Counted from the first letter of the stretch, positions 38,506 through 48,475 are shown. The stretch: 64,000 nt of DNA from Pirellulales bacterium (GCA_040901675.1 JBBDYJ010000029.1:32001-96000), one strand, 5' to 3'. Notes: generated from the letters alone by a model not told the origin. Numbers and translations are program-made.

Positions 38506-39507
38506 ATGAAGCTTGTGATCCATCCCCCGATCGAGGCCGACCGGCTGGCAAAAATCGAGGCGGCCGCGGGCGGCATGCGGGTGGTCAATGCACCCGACGA
38601 GGCGGCGGCCCAGGCCGAGATCGCCGACGCCGAGGCCTTTTTCGGCAAGCTGACTCCGGACCTGCTCGCGTCCGCGGGCCGGCTGCGCTGGGTGCAGTCG
38701 CCGACCGCCAGCCTGGAGCACTACATGTTCCCGCAGCTCGTCGCGCACCCTCTGACGCTGACGAACATGCGCGGACTCTATTCGGACATCATTGCCGACC
38801 ACGTGATGGGCTACGTGATCTGTTTTGCCCGCAACTTCCACCATTACATCCGCAACCAGCTTCAAGGCCGCTGGGCGCCGGTGGGTGGCGAGGCGGCCCG
38901 CAGCACGTTCACCGCCGGACCCGGCACGGTCAGCGACATGGACCGCGCGCACCTGCACCTGGCCGACCTGACGATGGGCGTGGTGGGGTTGGGGCACATC
39001 GGCTCGGAGATCGCCCGCCGCGCCAGTGCTTTCGGCATGCGGGTCGTGGCGGTCGATCCGGTCCGCACCGCCGCGCCGGAGAGGGTGGCGGCCCTCTGGC
39101 CTGCCGAGCGGCTGGGTGAGCTGTTGGCCGAGAGCGATTTTGTGGCCATCGCCGCTCCTCACACGCCGGCCACCGAGAAGCTGTTCCGCCGCCCGCAACT
39201 GCGGCAGATGAAGCGGACCGCCTATCTGATCAACATCGGGCGCGGCGCGATCGTCGACCTGTCCGACCTGGTGGCCGCGCTGGAGGCGGGCGAGCTAGCC
39301 GGCGCCGGCCTGGACGTGTTCGAGATCGAGCCCTTGCCGCCCGACCATCCTTTATGGCGGATGCCCAACGTGATCATCACGCCGCACGTGGCCGGTCAAT
39401 CGCCCCGCATCGCCGAGCGCCACCTGGGCGTGTTGCTCGACAACATCCGCCGCTTCATCCGCGGCGAGGCATTGGTGAACGTGGTCAACAAGGCAGCTTG
39501 GTTTTGA
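38506..39507 (+). CDS. D-2-hydroxyacid dehydrogenase family protein
   Basis: GLGHIG, NIGRG, LDVFEIEP, ITPHVAG. Confidence 0.93.
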   Translation: MKLVIHPPIEADRLAKIEAAAGGMRVVNAPDEAAAQAEIADAEAFFGKLTPDLLASAGRLRWVQSPTASLEHYMFPQLVAHPLTLTNMRGLYSDIIADHVMGYVICFARNFHHYIRNQLQGRWAPVGGEAARSTFTAGPGTVSDMDRAHLHLADLTMGVVGLGHIGSEIARRASAFGMRVVAVDPVRTAAPERVAALWPAERLGELLAESDFVAIAAPHTPATEKLFRRPQLRQMKRTAYLINIGRGAIVDLSDLVAALEAGELAGAGLDVFEIEPLPPDHPLWRMPNVIITPHVAGQSPRIAERHLGVLLDNIRRFIRGEALVNVVNKAAWF

Positions 39508-39545
39508 GCCAATGCCGGCGCCTCGATTGAGAGGCGACAAATCAA

Positions 39546-39797
39546 TCAGCCCGGGGTTGAGCAGTATTCGGGGCTGTCCAACTCGATCCGGCGCACCTTG
39601 AAGCCGGCCCGGCCGACGTCGGCCACGGCCGACTTCATCGCCTGCTCGAGCGAGGGCGCCTCGCGCGAAAAGCCAACCCGGCTGATCAATTCACTTGTCC
39701 AGATCGTTGCATCGTCGCACTCCCCGTAGAGGCGGTCGGCGTCCGCTTCGGAGACGTGGTCGACATCAAGCACCAGGGTAAAGTCATAACACCGCAT
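39546..39797 (-). CDS. Small hypothetical protein (83 aa) directly downstream of tRNA-Met
   Basis: ATG after GAAGGGA; YDFTLVL...CDDAT...FSREAPSLEQAMKSAVADV. Confidence 0.7.
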   Translation of the reverse strand: MRCYDFTLVLDVDHVSEADADRLYGECDDATIWTSELISRVGFSREAPSLEQAMKSAVADVGRAGFKVRRIELDSPEYCSTPG

Positions 39798-39830
39798 CTT
39801 TCGGTCCCTTCACCCACGACCCGACCCAAG

Positions 39831-39904
39831 TAGCGGCGCAGGGACTCGAACCCCGGACACGCGGATTATGATTCCGCTGCTCTAACCAACTGAGCTACGC
39901 CGCC
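39831..39904 (-). tRNA. tRNA-Met (CAT), elongator type; CCA not encoded
   Basis: GGCGGCGTAGCTCAGTTGGTTAGAGCAGCGGAATCATAATCCGCGTGTCCGGGGTTCGAGTCCCTGCGCCGCTA folds into a cloverleaf with anticodon CAT. Confidence 0.95.
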
Positions 39905-40164
39905 GTACGCAAAACTGCCCTTTTTCAGATGTTTTCAACGAGCTAGCCGCCAGGATGAAACCGCCAAGTTCCGGACTACACCCGTCACGACACCCACCGC
40001 ACCCAAGATAACACCTGGCGAGAGACCCGAAAAGCCCACCAGGATCGCTCGCCTTTGCCTGACGGCATCCGAAACGCCACGGGCGAGCACCTGGAGGGCT
40101 CGACCTGCCCGGTCGGTTGCGCCGTAGACTTTGGCATGCCGAACCCCAAGAGCAGGACACTGCC

Positions 40165-40377
40165 ATGAAGCAAAAGATCGCGTTGTTCTTGATGGCGGCC
40201 GGCTTGTGCGCCTTGTATGTGCTGCTGGGCGACGCGCCAAGGCCGCGGCTGGAGGATGAGCGAGAGGCGCGGCTCAGAGCGGCCCAAGCTGCTCAACTCG
40301 AAGAACGGGCGAAGGCGGATCGCGCCAAGATCAATGCGGCCATGAAAGCGGCCCGAATCAAGCACGGCATTCCGTGA
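40165..40377 (+). CDS. Small protein (70 aa) with N-terminal signal/TM and charged helix
   Basis: MKQKIALFLMAAGLCALYVLL; ATG after AGGA. Confidence 0.6.
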   Translation: MKQKIALFLMAAGLCALYVLLGDAPRPRLEDEREARLRAAQAAQLEERAKADRAKINAAMKAARIKHGIP

Positions 40378-40387
40378 ATCGAAGCCT

Positions 40388-40630
40388 CTACCTCGCCCCC
40401 TTCACCCCTTCGATCTTCAATAGGGTGAAGGAGTAGATGGTCGTGGCGTAGATCGTGCCGTCGTGGGCGACGATCAAGGCCATGACCACGTGCAGCGGCG
40501 CCAGCGTGCCGTCGGGCAGAGTGTGGTAGCCGTGGACCGGACGCGGACTGCCGTCGGGGTTGCTCATTGGGCCGGCGGCGAAGTTGAAGAAATCGGGGTT
40601 CCTGACGGCCAGCACGCCCAGGCTCGCGCC
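40388..40630 (-). pseudogene. Probable 3' remnant of a larger beta-propeller-like gene
   Basis: Protein-like C-terminus (HGYHTLPDGTLAPLHVVMALIVAHDGTIYATTIYSFTLLKI) with GC3-biased codons, but no credible start before the divergent gene at 40744. Confidence 0.45.
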
Positions 40631-40743
40631 GGCAAAAAGCCCGCAGGCCTGTTCCATTCGCCCCGCCTTGCCAGTACGATCGAGAGGGTTGATCCCGCCC
40701 CGTGTTGCCGGTGTAGTCCCGTCCCGCCGCCGGAGTTTTCTTT

Positions 40744-43700
40744 GTGGATTGCCATCGCTGGTTCTTGTCGCTGATTTTCTGCGGGCTGCTGCTGGCGAAA
40801 GCCGGCGGTGAGCAACCGGCAAAACAGGAATTCGTCTGCCGCTTCACCACCGAGCCGATCACGATCGACGGCAAGCCGGCTGAAGCGGCCTGGCAGTCGG
40901 CCGAGCTGATCGACCATTTTTACCAGCCGTGGCAGAAGGATCGGGCGAAGGCCCGCTCGTCGACCAGGGCCCGGCTGTTGTGGGACCGCGAGCACTTCTA
41001 TTTCCTGGCCGAGATGAACGACGCCGACCTGTACGCCGACGTCGAGGAGCACGACGGCGAGACCTGGTACAATGACGTCTTCGAGCTCTTCTTCAAGCCG
41101 GCCGACGACAAGCCGGGCTATTACGAGTTCCAGGTGAACCCGGCGGGCACGGTGCTCGACATGTTTCTGCCGCGGCGCGGGGCGGGTGGCTATCGCCGCT
41201 TCGCCCGCGACGGCGAGTTCCACGTCGAAGCCAAGGTAGCGCTGCGCGCGACGCTCAACCAGTGGCAGGACCGGGACGAAGGCTGGACCGTCGAAGGCCG
41301 CATTCCGTGGCGCGATTTCGTCCGCACCGGGGGACGGCCCGAGGTCGATGAGACGTGGAAGTTCACTCTCTGCCGCTACGACTACTCGGTCGACTTCGAA
41401 GGTCCGGAGCTGTCGACGTGCGCCCCGCTCGATTCGCTGCCGCATCCCAACTTTCATCACTTCGAAGACTATGCCACGCTGAAGTTCGAGGGACCGGATC
41501 GCGTTGGCGGCGCCGGCGGCAAGATGCATCGGCTGCTCGCGATCAAAGAGGCGCTCTCGCGCGTTCCTTCGACGGTTGCCGGCTCGCCCGATCCGCCGCT
41601 GCCGTACCGGGCGGTGCGCGTGATGCCGGAGCTCAAGCCGTCGTTTCCGATCTACGTGATGGTGGAGCCGCTCAGCGGGCGATTGCTGTTGATCGATCAA
41701 CTGCGTCCGGACGGGTCGACGCGGATCTGCCGCACCACCGAGCAACCGGGCGAGCTGGAAACCCTGCTGGAATTCCCCCCCGGCGGCGTCGCCTACGACG
41801 TTGCCCTGCACCCCCACTATGCCGACATCGGCTACCTCTACGTCGGTTGGAACGGCGCGGGGGAAGGGGGCGAAAAGCGATCGATCGTCACCCGCCACAC
41901 GGTCGACCGCCAAAAGCCCTACTCGCTCCTGAAGGATTCCGCGCTGGCCATCATCGACTGGCCCTCGGACGGTCACAACGGGGCGGCCCTGGCATTCGGC
42001 CACGACGGTATGCTCTATGTCACGTCGGGCGACGGCACCAGCGACTCCGACACCGACGTCACCGGCCAGGGCCTCGATCATCTGCTGTCGAAGCTGCTGC
42101 GGATCGACGTCGATCGGCCCGGCGACGGGCGAGCCTACTCGGTGCCGCCGGATAATCCCTTCGTGGGACAAGCGGGCGTCCGGGCGGAAACGTGGGCCTA
42201 CGGCTTCCGCAACCCATGGCGAATCACGGTTGATTCGCAAACGGGCGACGTGTGGGTCGCGCAGAACGGGCAGGATCTCTGGGAGCAAGCGTATCTCATC
42301 GAGCGCGGCGCCAACTACGGCTGGAGCGTGTACGAGGGGTCGCACCTGTTCTATCCCAACCGCCGGCTTGGTCCCACGCCCGTGTCGAAGCCGACGGTCG
42401 AGCATCCGCACTCCGAGGCCCGCTCGCTGACCGGTGGCGTCGTGTATTACGGCCGGAAGTTCCCCGAGCTGCGCGGGGCCTACATCTACGGCGATTACTC
42501 CACCGGCAAGATCTGGGGAGTGAAGGTTCGGGAGGGAAGAGCCGTCTGGCAGCGGGAGCTCGCCGACACCACGCTGCAGATCACCTGCTTCGCGGTCGAT
42601 GCCGAGGGCGAGCTGTTGATCAGCGATCATCGCGGCGAAGGAGGCTTGTACACGCTCGAGCCCAATCCCGTCGATCCGGCGGCGCGGCCGTTTCCCCGGA
42701 AGCTGAGCGAGACCGGCCTGTTCACTTCGGTGGCCGGTCACCAGGTCCATCCCGGCCTCTTGCCGTACAGCGTGAACGCGCCGCTCTGGTCCGACGGCGC
42801 GCACAAGGACCGCTACCTCTATCTGCCCCCCGCGCCCCCGGGAGATGGCAGCGGCGAGGGGGCCGGGCAGGTCGCGAAGTTCGATTTCACCAGCGGCGAC
42901 CAGGGTTGGAACTTGCCGGACGGCGCGATCGCGGTTAAGTCGTTCGCGCTCGACACGCCCCAGGGGCGCCGCTGGATCGAGACGCGGCTCCTGGTCAAGC
43001 AAGAGGGCGAGTGGGTCGGTTACAGCTACCGCTGGAACGGCGAGCAGACCGAGGCGGAGCTGGTCGACGCTCCGGGACTCGATCAATCGTTTGACGCCCT
43101 CGCCGGCGACGGCGGCGTCCGCAGCCAGTCGTGGCACTATCCCAGCCGTGCCGAGTGCATGGTCTGCCACAGCCGCGCGGCGAACTACCTGCTCGGTCTT
43201 TCCACGCCGCAGTTCAACAAGACGCACGACTACGGCCCAGTGCAGGCCAACCAGTTGGAAGTGCTCGAATGGCTCGGCGCGCTGCGCGTGAACTGGATGG
43301 CCGAGCAGCACGCCGCGCTGCGCGAGGAGCTGAAGCAGGCCGGCAAGTCGGACCAGGAGGCCGACGATGACCTGCGGCGGCTCACGGCCACCCGCAACCA
43401 GCGGCAGCCGAAAACCTCGTCGCTGCTGTTCAAACGTGGCGAGCAGTATCCGGCGCTGGTCGATCCGTATGATCCGCAGGCCGACTTGACGCTACGGGTC
43501 AGATCCTACCTGCACGCCAACTGTGCCCAATGCCACGTGGAGGCTGGCGGCGGCAACGCCCAGATGCAACTGGCCTGGTCGACGCCGCTGGACAAGATGA
43601 AGCTGATTAATGTTCCGCCCGTCCACCACACGTTCGACCTGGCGGAACCGCGGTTGGTGGCCCCCGGCGATCCATCGCGCTCGGTGCTTTTGCACCGCAT

Positions 43701-43803
43701 CTCGATCCGCGACCGCGGCCAGATGCCCCAGCTCGCCACCAGCGTAGTCGACGAGCAAGCCGTCCAGCTCTTCCGCGAGTGGATCCAGGGCCTGAAAGAG
43801 TGA
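40744..43803 (+). CDS. Exported CBM9-like / PQQ-type glucose-sorbosone dehydrogenase / di-haem cytochrome c fusion
   Basis: ITIDGKPAEAAW...DVFELF...WTVEGRIPW (CBM9/DOMON-like); HNGAALAFGHDG, AYGFRNPWR (GSDH); CMVCH and CAQCH. Confidence 0.87.
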   Translation: MDCHRWFLSLIFCGLLLAKAGGEQPAKQEFVCRFTTEPITIDGKPAEAAWQSAELIDHFYQPWQKDRAKARSSTRARLLWDREHFYFLAEMNDADLYADVEEHDGETWYNDVFELFFKPADDKPGYYEFQVNPAGTVLDMFLPRRGAGGYRRFARDGEFHVEAKVALRATLNQWQDRDEGWTVEGRIPWRDFVRTGGRPEVDETWKFTLCRYDYSVDFEGPELSTCAPLDSLPHPNFHHFEDYATLKFEGPDRVGGAGGKMHRLLAIKEALSRVPSTVAGSPDPPLPYRAVRVMPELKPSFPIYVMVEPLSGRLLLIDQLRPDGSTRICRTTEQPGELETLLEFPPGGVAYDVALHPHYADIGYLYVGWNGAGEGGEKRSIVTRHTVDRQKPYSLLKDSALAIIDWPSDGHNGAALAFGHDGMLYVTSGDGTSDSDTDVTGQGLDHLLSKLLRIDVDRPGDGRAYSVPPDNPFVGQAGVRAETWAYGFRNPWRITVDSQTGDVWVAQNGQDLWEQAYLIERGANYGWSVYEGSHLFYPNRRLGPTPVSKPTVEHPHSEARSLTGGVVYYGRKFPELRGAYIYGDYSTGKIWGVKVREGRAVWQRELADTTLQITCFAVDAEGELLISDHRGEGGLYTLEPNPVDPAARPFPRKLSETGLFTSVAGHQVHPGLLPYSVNAPLWSDGAHKDRYLYLPPAPPGDGSGEGAGQVAKFDFTSGDQGWNLPDGAIAVKSFALDTPQGRRWIETRLLVKQEGEWVGYSYRWNGEQTEAELVDAPGLDQSFDALAGDGGVRSQSWHYPSRAECMVCHSRAANYLLGLSTPQFNKTHDYGPVQANQLEVLEWLGALRVNWMAEQHAALREELKQAGKSDQEADDDLRRLTATRNQRQPKTSSLLFKRGEQYPALVDPYDPQADLTLRVRSYLHANCAQCHVEAGGGNAQMQLAWSTPLDKMKLINVPPVHHTFDLAEPRLVAPGDPSRSVLLHRISIRDRGQMPQLATSVVDEQAVQLFREWIQGLKE

Positions 43804-43806
43804 GCA

Positions 43807-44238
43807 ATGGCTAACAAGCATTCGTCGCGGCAGGCATACGGAAAGATCCAAGACACGAGCAAGACGCTGCCGCGCATCGAGCCATCGGAGGTCGCGTCCG
43901 TTTTGGGGGCCGAACCCTCTGGGGTCACTTTTCCCGTCGGGGGTGGACCGCTGTCCGCCTTGCAAGTCCGTCAGGAGCTTCTTAAGCGGCTGCACTCCAG
44001 CGGCGGGCGCCCCTCTCTCTCGGACACTTCTCGTCGCGTCAAGATCCCACTTAGTCACAAGCAGTGGCAAGAGCTTGAAGATATCGCCGCCGAGGTGGCG
44101 TCTCCCGGTTTTTCACCTTCGGCTGGCCAGATCGCGAGCGTTCTGATCGCTCTGTCGTTGCGTTCACTTCGAGGGGAGAAGGACACGCCAAAGTCTTCCA
44201 AGTCAGAGGCTGGTGCGCTCACCGCGCTTCGAGATTGA
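43807..44238 (+). CDS. Hypothetical protein (143 aa), possible RHH-like DNA-binding C-terminus
   Basis: SSGGRPSL...RRVKIPLSHKQWQELEDIA; more AT-rich than the upstream gene. Confidence 0.65.
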   Translation: MANKHSSRQAYGKIQDTSKTLPRIEPSEVASVLGAEPSGVTFPVGGGPLSALQVRQELLKRLHSSGGRPSLSDTSRRVKIPLSHKQWQELEDIAAEVASPGFSPSAGQIASVLIALSLRSLRGEKDTPKSSKSEAGALTALRD

Positions 44239-44254
44239 CTCCAAGCTCCCAGAT

Positions 44255-44863
44255 CTAAAGCCCCTCCTGGTGCGCCCCCGGCCGCAGCAACTCCTCGGTG
44301 GCCAGGAATGCCCGGGCTGCCTGGACGAGGTCGCGGTCCTGCCTGACTGCCCACTGTTCCAGCCGGGCGCGGGCCTTGGTCTCGTCGAGACCCAGTTGTT
44401 CAGTCAACACTTGCCTGGCGCGCTCTACGGCGTCCTGGTCGGCCAAAGAGCGCCGCAACGAGTCGGCCTCACGCCGCAGTGCCCGCATTTCCTCAAAACG
44501 CCGCCGGGCCAGGGCGATCGCCGGGCCGAGCTGCGCCGCGCTGACCGGCTTGAGCAGGTAATCGAGGATCTGACTCTGGGCGGCCCGCTGCACCAGCTCG
44601 CGGCTGTAGTAGGCCGACAGCACGATGACCGGCGTGGGGAAAAGCTCCAGAATGATGCGGGCGGCCTCCAGGCCGTCCATGTCGGGCATGCGGACGTCGG
44701 TGATGACCAGGTCGGGGTGCGTGGCCAGGCACTGCTCGACCAGTTCCTGGCCGGTGGCGGCCGTGCAGATCACCCGGTGCCCCAGGTACTGGACCATCCG
44801 CGCGAGCACGCCGCGAATCTCGGCGTGGTCGTCGGCCAGGGCCACTCGCAGCGAAGAGGTCAC
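44255..44863 (-). CDS. Receiver-ANTAR response regulator (copy 2)
   Basis: VALADD, ITDVRMP, YLLKP; ANTAR-like VERARQVL...ARARLEQWA. Confidence 0.88.
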   Translation of the reverse strand: MTSSLRVALADDHAEIRGVLARMVQYLGHRVICTAATGQELVEQCLATHPDLVITDVRMPDMDGLEAARIILELFPTPVIVLSAYYSRELVQRAAQSQILDYLLKPVSAAQLGPAIALARRRFEEMRALRREADSLRRSLADQDAVERARQVLTEQLGLDETKARARLEQWAVRQDRDLVQAARAFLATEELLRPGAHQEGL

Positions 44864-45019
44864 TCCGTTTGGCTCCCCGTGAGGCCGAGTGCGAAATAAA
44901 GAAAGCCGGTCCGTCCGGTTCAAGAGGGTGGTGTTCCGCGTTCGCAGGTACCGGAAAGAAACTCCCGCCTATATTGCCCGCCGACCGCGGAAACCTGACG
45001 CGCACCGACCGGCCCGGTT

Positions 45020-45607
45020 TCAGCCGCCCAGCGCCTCGGCGGCGGTCAGGATCATCTCGGCGATCTCGATCAGCTTCTTGTTCTTGCTGCTGGCCAGTTT
45101 CTGGAGCCGGCGGAACGCCTCCGGCTCATCGACGTTCCAGTGCTTCATGACCAGCCCCTTGGCCCGCTCGATCATCTTGCGGTTCGCCAGTGCCTGCCGC
45201 AAATCGGTTGCCTCCTCCTCCAGGGCCCGCAGTTCGCCGAACCGCCGCATCACCAGCACGATGGCCGCCTCCAGTTGAGGCTGGCCGATCGGTTTCACCA
45301 GGTAGGCCAGCACGTGGTTCTCCTGGGCCCGCTCGATCAGCTCTCGATCCGTGAACCCCGACAATAGAATGATGGGGGTCGGCACGTCCTGATAAATGCT
45401 CTTCGCCGCGTCGAGCCCGTCCATGTCGGGCATGCGGATGTCGGTGATCACCAGGTCGGGCCGGGTCGCCCCACATTCACGTACCAGGTTGGTCCCGCTC
45501 GAGGCCAGGAACGCCACTTCGTGCCCCAAGGCACAGATCATTTTCTCCAGAGCGGCGCGGACGGGCGCTTCGTCGTCCGCGATGCCCACCCGCAATGAAG
45601 TGGTCAT
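45020..45607 (-). CDS. Receiver-ANTAR response regulator (PdtaR/NasT-like, copy 1)
   Basis: IADDE, ITDIRMP, YLVKP; RKMIERAKGLVM...EPEAFRRLQKLAS. Confidence 0.93.
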   Translation of the reverse strand: MTTSLRVGIADDEAPVRAALEKMICALGHEVAFLASSGTNLVRECGATRPDLVITDIRMPDMDGLDAAKSIYQDVPTPIILLSGFTDRELIERAQENHVLAYLVKPIGQPQLEAAIVLVMRRFGELRALEEEATDLRQALANRKMIERAKGLVMKHWNVDEPEAFRRLQKLASSKNKKLIEIAEMILTAAEALGG

Positions 45608-45953
45608 GGTCTTGCCTGCGCCTTCGCGGCGAGATAGTTCAGGGTGCGATTGATCGTGGCCAGGCAAACGCATCCGCAGCGAAAATGCCTCGGTGTCCCG
45701 TGTTATTTTATTTTCGCCTGCCTGCCTGACCGCTTCAATACCGTTCTCAAACCGCAACATGATCATCGAGTCATGGCTGGCCGGGGGGGCGGACCCTAAA
45801 CCTCCAGTGGGCAAGGAATTGGGTTGCCGTCTGCCGGCGAGTTGGTATCCTGAAGCGGGGCGGAATACCAGCCTAGGCGCGTGGCATGCGGCCCAGCGAT
45901 CGCAACCGCCCGACGCCTCAACAGCATCGCTACGCTCGGAGGACTCGAAGCCA

Positions 45954-48416
45954 ATGAGTCGCCAGTGCGCTTCGACGCTCCCTGTCCCTTCAATACCGGC
46001 GGACGCCCCTCGCCCCCGCCGGTGGCTGGCCCGAAGCGTGCCAACCGCGAGCAGCCGGGCAGCCAGCCGGGCCCTGTTGTTCGCCGCGCTGGGACTGCTG
46101 CTCACTTCGATCCTGCACCCCGTTGCGGCCGAAGAGCCTTATGGACGGTTCCAGTTCGACGAGACGGACTTGCAGCACTGGAGCTTCATGCCGGTCGAGC
46201 GCGCCCGGCCGCCCGCGGTGGCCGACGCGGCCTGGGTCAAAAACCCGATCGACGCCTTTGTCCTGGCCGGGCTGGAAGAGGCCGGGCTCACACCGGCGCC
46301 CGCGGCCGATCGCCGGACGCTGCTGCGGCGGCTGTACCTGGACCTGCTCGGCCTGCCTCCCACACCGGAGGAACAAGAGGCGTTTCTCAGCGACACATCG
46401 CCCGGCGCCGTAGCCCGGCTGGTCGACGATTTGCTCTCGCGGCCCGCCTACGGCGAGCGTTGGGGCCGGCATTGGTTGGACGTCGTCCGCTATGCCGAGT
46501 CGAACGGCTATGAGCGCGACGGCGCCAAACCGAGCGTCTGGCGATACCGCGACTACGTGATCGACTCGTTCAACCGCGACAAGCCTTACGACGTCTTCTT
46601 GCGCGAGCAACTGGCCGGCGATGAGCTGGAAGGCTCGAACGCCGAAATGCAGATTGCCACCACGTTCCTGCGGCTCGGCCCTTGGGACGACGAGCCGGCC
46701 GACCCCGAGGTCGACCGTTACGACCAGCTCGACGACCTGGTCGGCGCCACCACCGCCACGTTCATGGCCCAGACCGTGCGCTGTGCCCGTTGCCACGATC
46801 ACAAATTCGAGTCGTTCACGCAGCGCGACTACTCCAGGCTGCTGGCCGTCTTCGAGCCACTCGAGCGCCCGCGGGACGATCGCACCGACCTCGACCGGCC
46901 GGTCGGAACGGCCAGCGAGGTCGCCGCATACAACGAGGCGCTGGCCAAGGCCAAGGATGCCGTCGTCCAGGTGCGGCGCAAGTTCGACGAGGCAGAGTGG
47001 CGGGTCGTGCGCCGCCTGGCCGAGGCAGGCGTGCTCACGGCCGCAGCCGCCAGCACCGATCAGGCGGCCGTGGCCGGCGACGGCGCCCCGGCGAATCCAG
47101 CGGCGGCCGAAGCGGCGGAAGCAGCCGGCCCTCCGGCCCTCTCCCTGACGCTCGTGGCCGACGCTCTGGCCGCGTTTCAGGTCGAACCGGCCCAGCGCAA
47201 CGGCGACCAGGAGAAGATGGTCAAAAAACATCGCAAGGAACTGCGCAGCCTGTTGGATAAAGGCGCCACGCCGGAGGAAAGCGACCTCCTGGCCGGCCTT
47301 CTGCGGGATATCGAACAGGCCGAGGCCGCAATGCCCCCGGAGCCCACCAAGGCCTATATCTGGTACGAGAAGTCGCCCCAGGCGCCGCCGACATACGTGC
47401 TTGCGCGCGGCGATCCGCGCCAGCGGCTGGAGCAGGTCGAGCCGGGCGTGCCGGCCATCCTGGTCGATGGGCCGCTGGCCCCGGCCACGCCGACTGCCCA
47501 CAGCACGGGCCGCCGACGCCAACTGGCCGAATGGCTGACGCGGCCCGACAACCCATTGACCGCGCGGGTGATGGTCAACCGCATCTGGCAGCAGCATTTC
47601 GGCGACGGCCTGGCGGGGACCGAGAACGATTTCGGCGTGATGGGCGAGGCGCCGACGCATCCCGGCCTGCTCGACTGGCTGGCCGCCGAGTTCGTCTGCA
47701 GCGGTTGGAGCATCAAGCACGTGCACCGCTTGATGCTGCTGTCCAACACGTATCAGATGTCGGCCGAGCCGAATGCCGCAGCCGAGGCGAAAGACCGGCA
47801 CAACGCCCGCTTGTGGCGGTGGACGCCTCGCCGGCTGGAGGCCGAGGCCATCCGCGATTCGATCCTGGCCGTCAGCGGCCGGCTCAACGGCCAGATGGGC
47901 GGCCCCAGCGTGTTTCCACCGATCGCTCCGGAGGTGCTGGCCAGCCAGTCGCGACCCGGCAGCGGCTGGGAGAAGTCGGAGCCGGAGCAGGCGGCCCGCC
48001 GCGGCATTTACATGTTCGTCAAGCGGACGCTGCTGATTCCCGAGCTGGAGGTGCTCGATTTCCCGGACACGAACAACACCTGCGAACAGCGGGCCGTATC
48101 CACCGTGGCCACGCAGGCGCTGACGTTTTTGAACGGCCAGTTCATTCACGAGCAATCGCGGCACTTCGCCGAGCGCTTGATGCGCGAAGCGCCCGACGCG
48201 GCGGCGCGGGTCGAGCGGGCCTACGCCCTGGCGCTGGCCCGGCCTCCCAGGGACGATGAGCGCCAGGCGGTGCTGGCGTTTCTCGCCGGGCAGGAGCAGC
48301 GCATCCGTGACGAAGCCCAGTCGGCCGGCGGCAGCGCGGACCAGGCCGCCCAACAGGCGCTCCAGCAACTCTGCCTGGTGCTGTTGAACACCAACGAGTT
48401 CGTTTACATGCGTTAG
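45954..48416 (+). CDS. DUF1549/DUF1553 (PSCyt2/PSD1) planctomycete protein
   Basis: HWSF, NPIDAF, YGERWGRHWLDVVRYAES, CARCHDHK, ARVMVNRIWQQHFG, NTNEFVY. Confidence 0.92.
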   Translation: MSRQCASTLPVPSIPADAPRPRRWLARSVPTASSRAASRALLFAALGLLLTSILHPVAAEEPYGRFQFDETDLQHWSFMPVERARPPAVADAAWVKNPIDAFVLAGLEEAGLTPAPAADRRTLLRRLYLDLLGLPPTPEEQEAFLSDTSPGAVARLVDDLLSRPAYGERWGRHWLDVVRYAESNGYERDGAKPSVWRYRDYVIDSFNRDKPYDVFLREQLAGDELEGSNAEMQIATTFLRLGPWDDEPADPEVDRYDQLDDLVGATTATFMAQTVRCARCHDHKFESFTQRDYSRLLAVFEPLERPRDDRTDLDRPVGTASEVAAYNEALAKAKDAVVQVRRKFDEAEWRVVRRLAEAGVLTAAAASTDQAAVAGDGAPANPAAAEAAEAAGPPALSLTLVADALAAFQVEPAQRNGDQEKMVKKHRKELRSLLDKGATPEESDLLAGLLRDIEQAEAAMPPEPTKAYIWYEKSPQAPPTYVLARGDPRQRLEQVEPGVPAILVDGPLAPATPTAHSTGRRRQLAEWLTRPDNPLTARVMVNRIWQQHFGDGLAGTENDFGVMGEAPTHPGLLDWLAAEFVCSGWSIKHVHRLMLLSNTYQMSAEPNAAAEAKDRHNARLWRWTPRRLEAEAIRDSILAVSGRLNGQMGGPSVFPPIAPEVLASQSRPGSGWEKSEPEQAARRGIYMFVKRTLLIPELEVLDFPDTNNTCEQRAVSTVATQALTFLNGQFIHEQSRHFAERLMREAPDAAARVERAYALALARPPRDDERQAVLAFLAGQEQRIRDEAQSAGGSADQAAQQALQQLCLVLLNTNEFVYMR

Positions 48417-48475
48417 GGCCCGCCGAGTCGCAGGGACCACTCGGCGACCAATAAAGAGAAGAGTCGGAGAGAGCG

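Noticed and set aside
39831..39904. Initiator tRNA-fMet, or a prophage attachment site
   Set aside because: It lacks the C1:A72 mismatch and the GGG/CCC anticodon stem. No integrase or duplicated tRNA 3' end is seen. tRNA-Ile2 is not fully excluded but is less likely.
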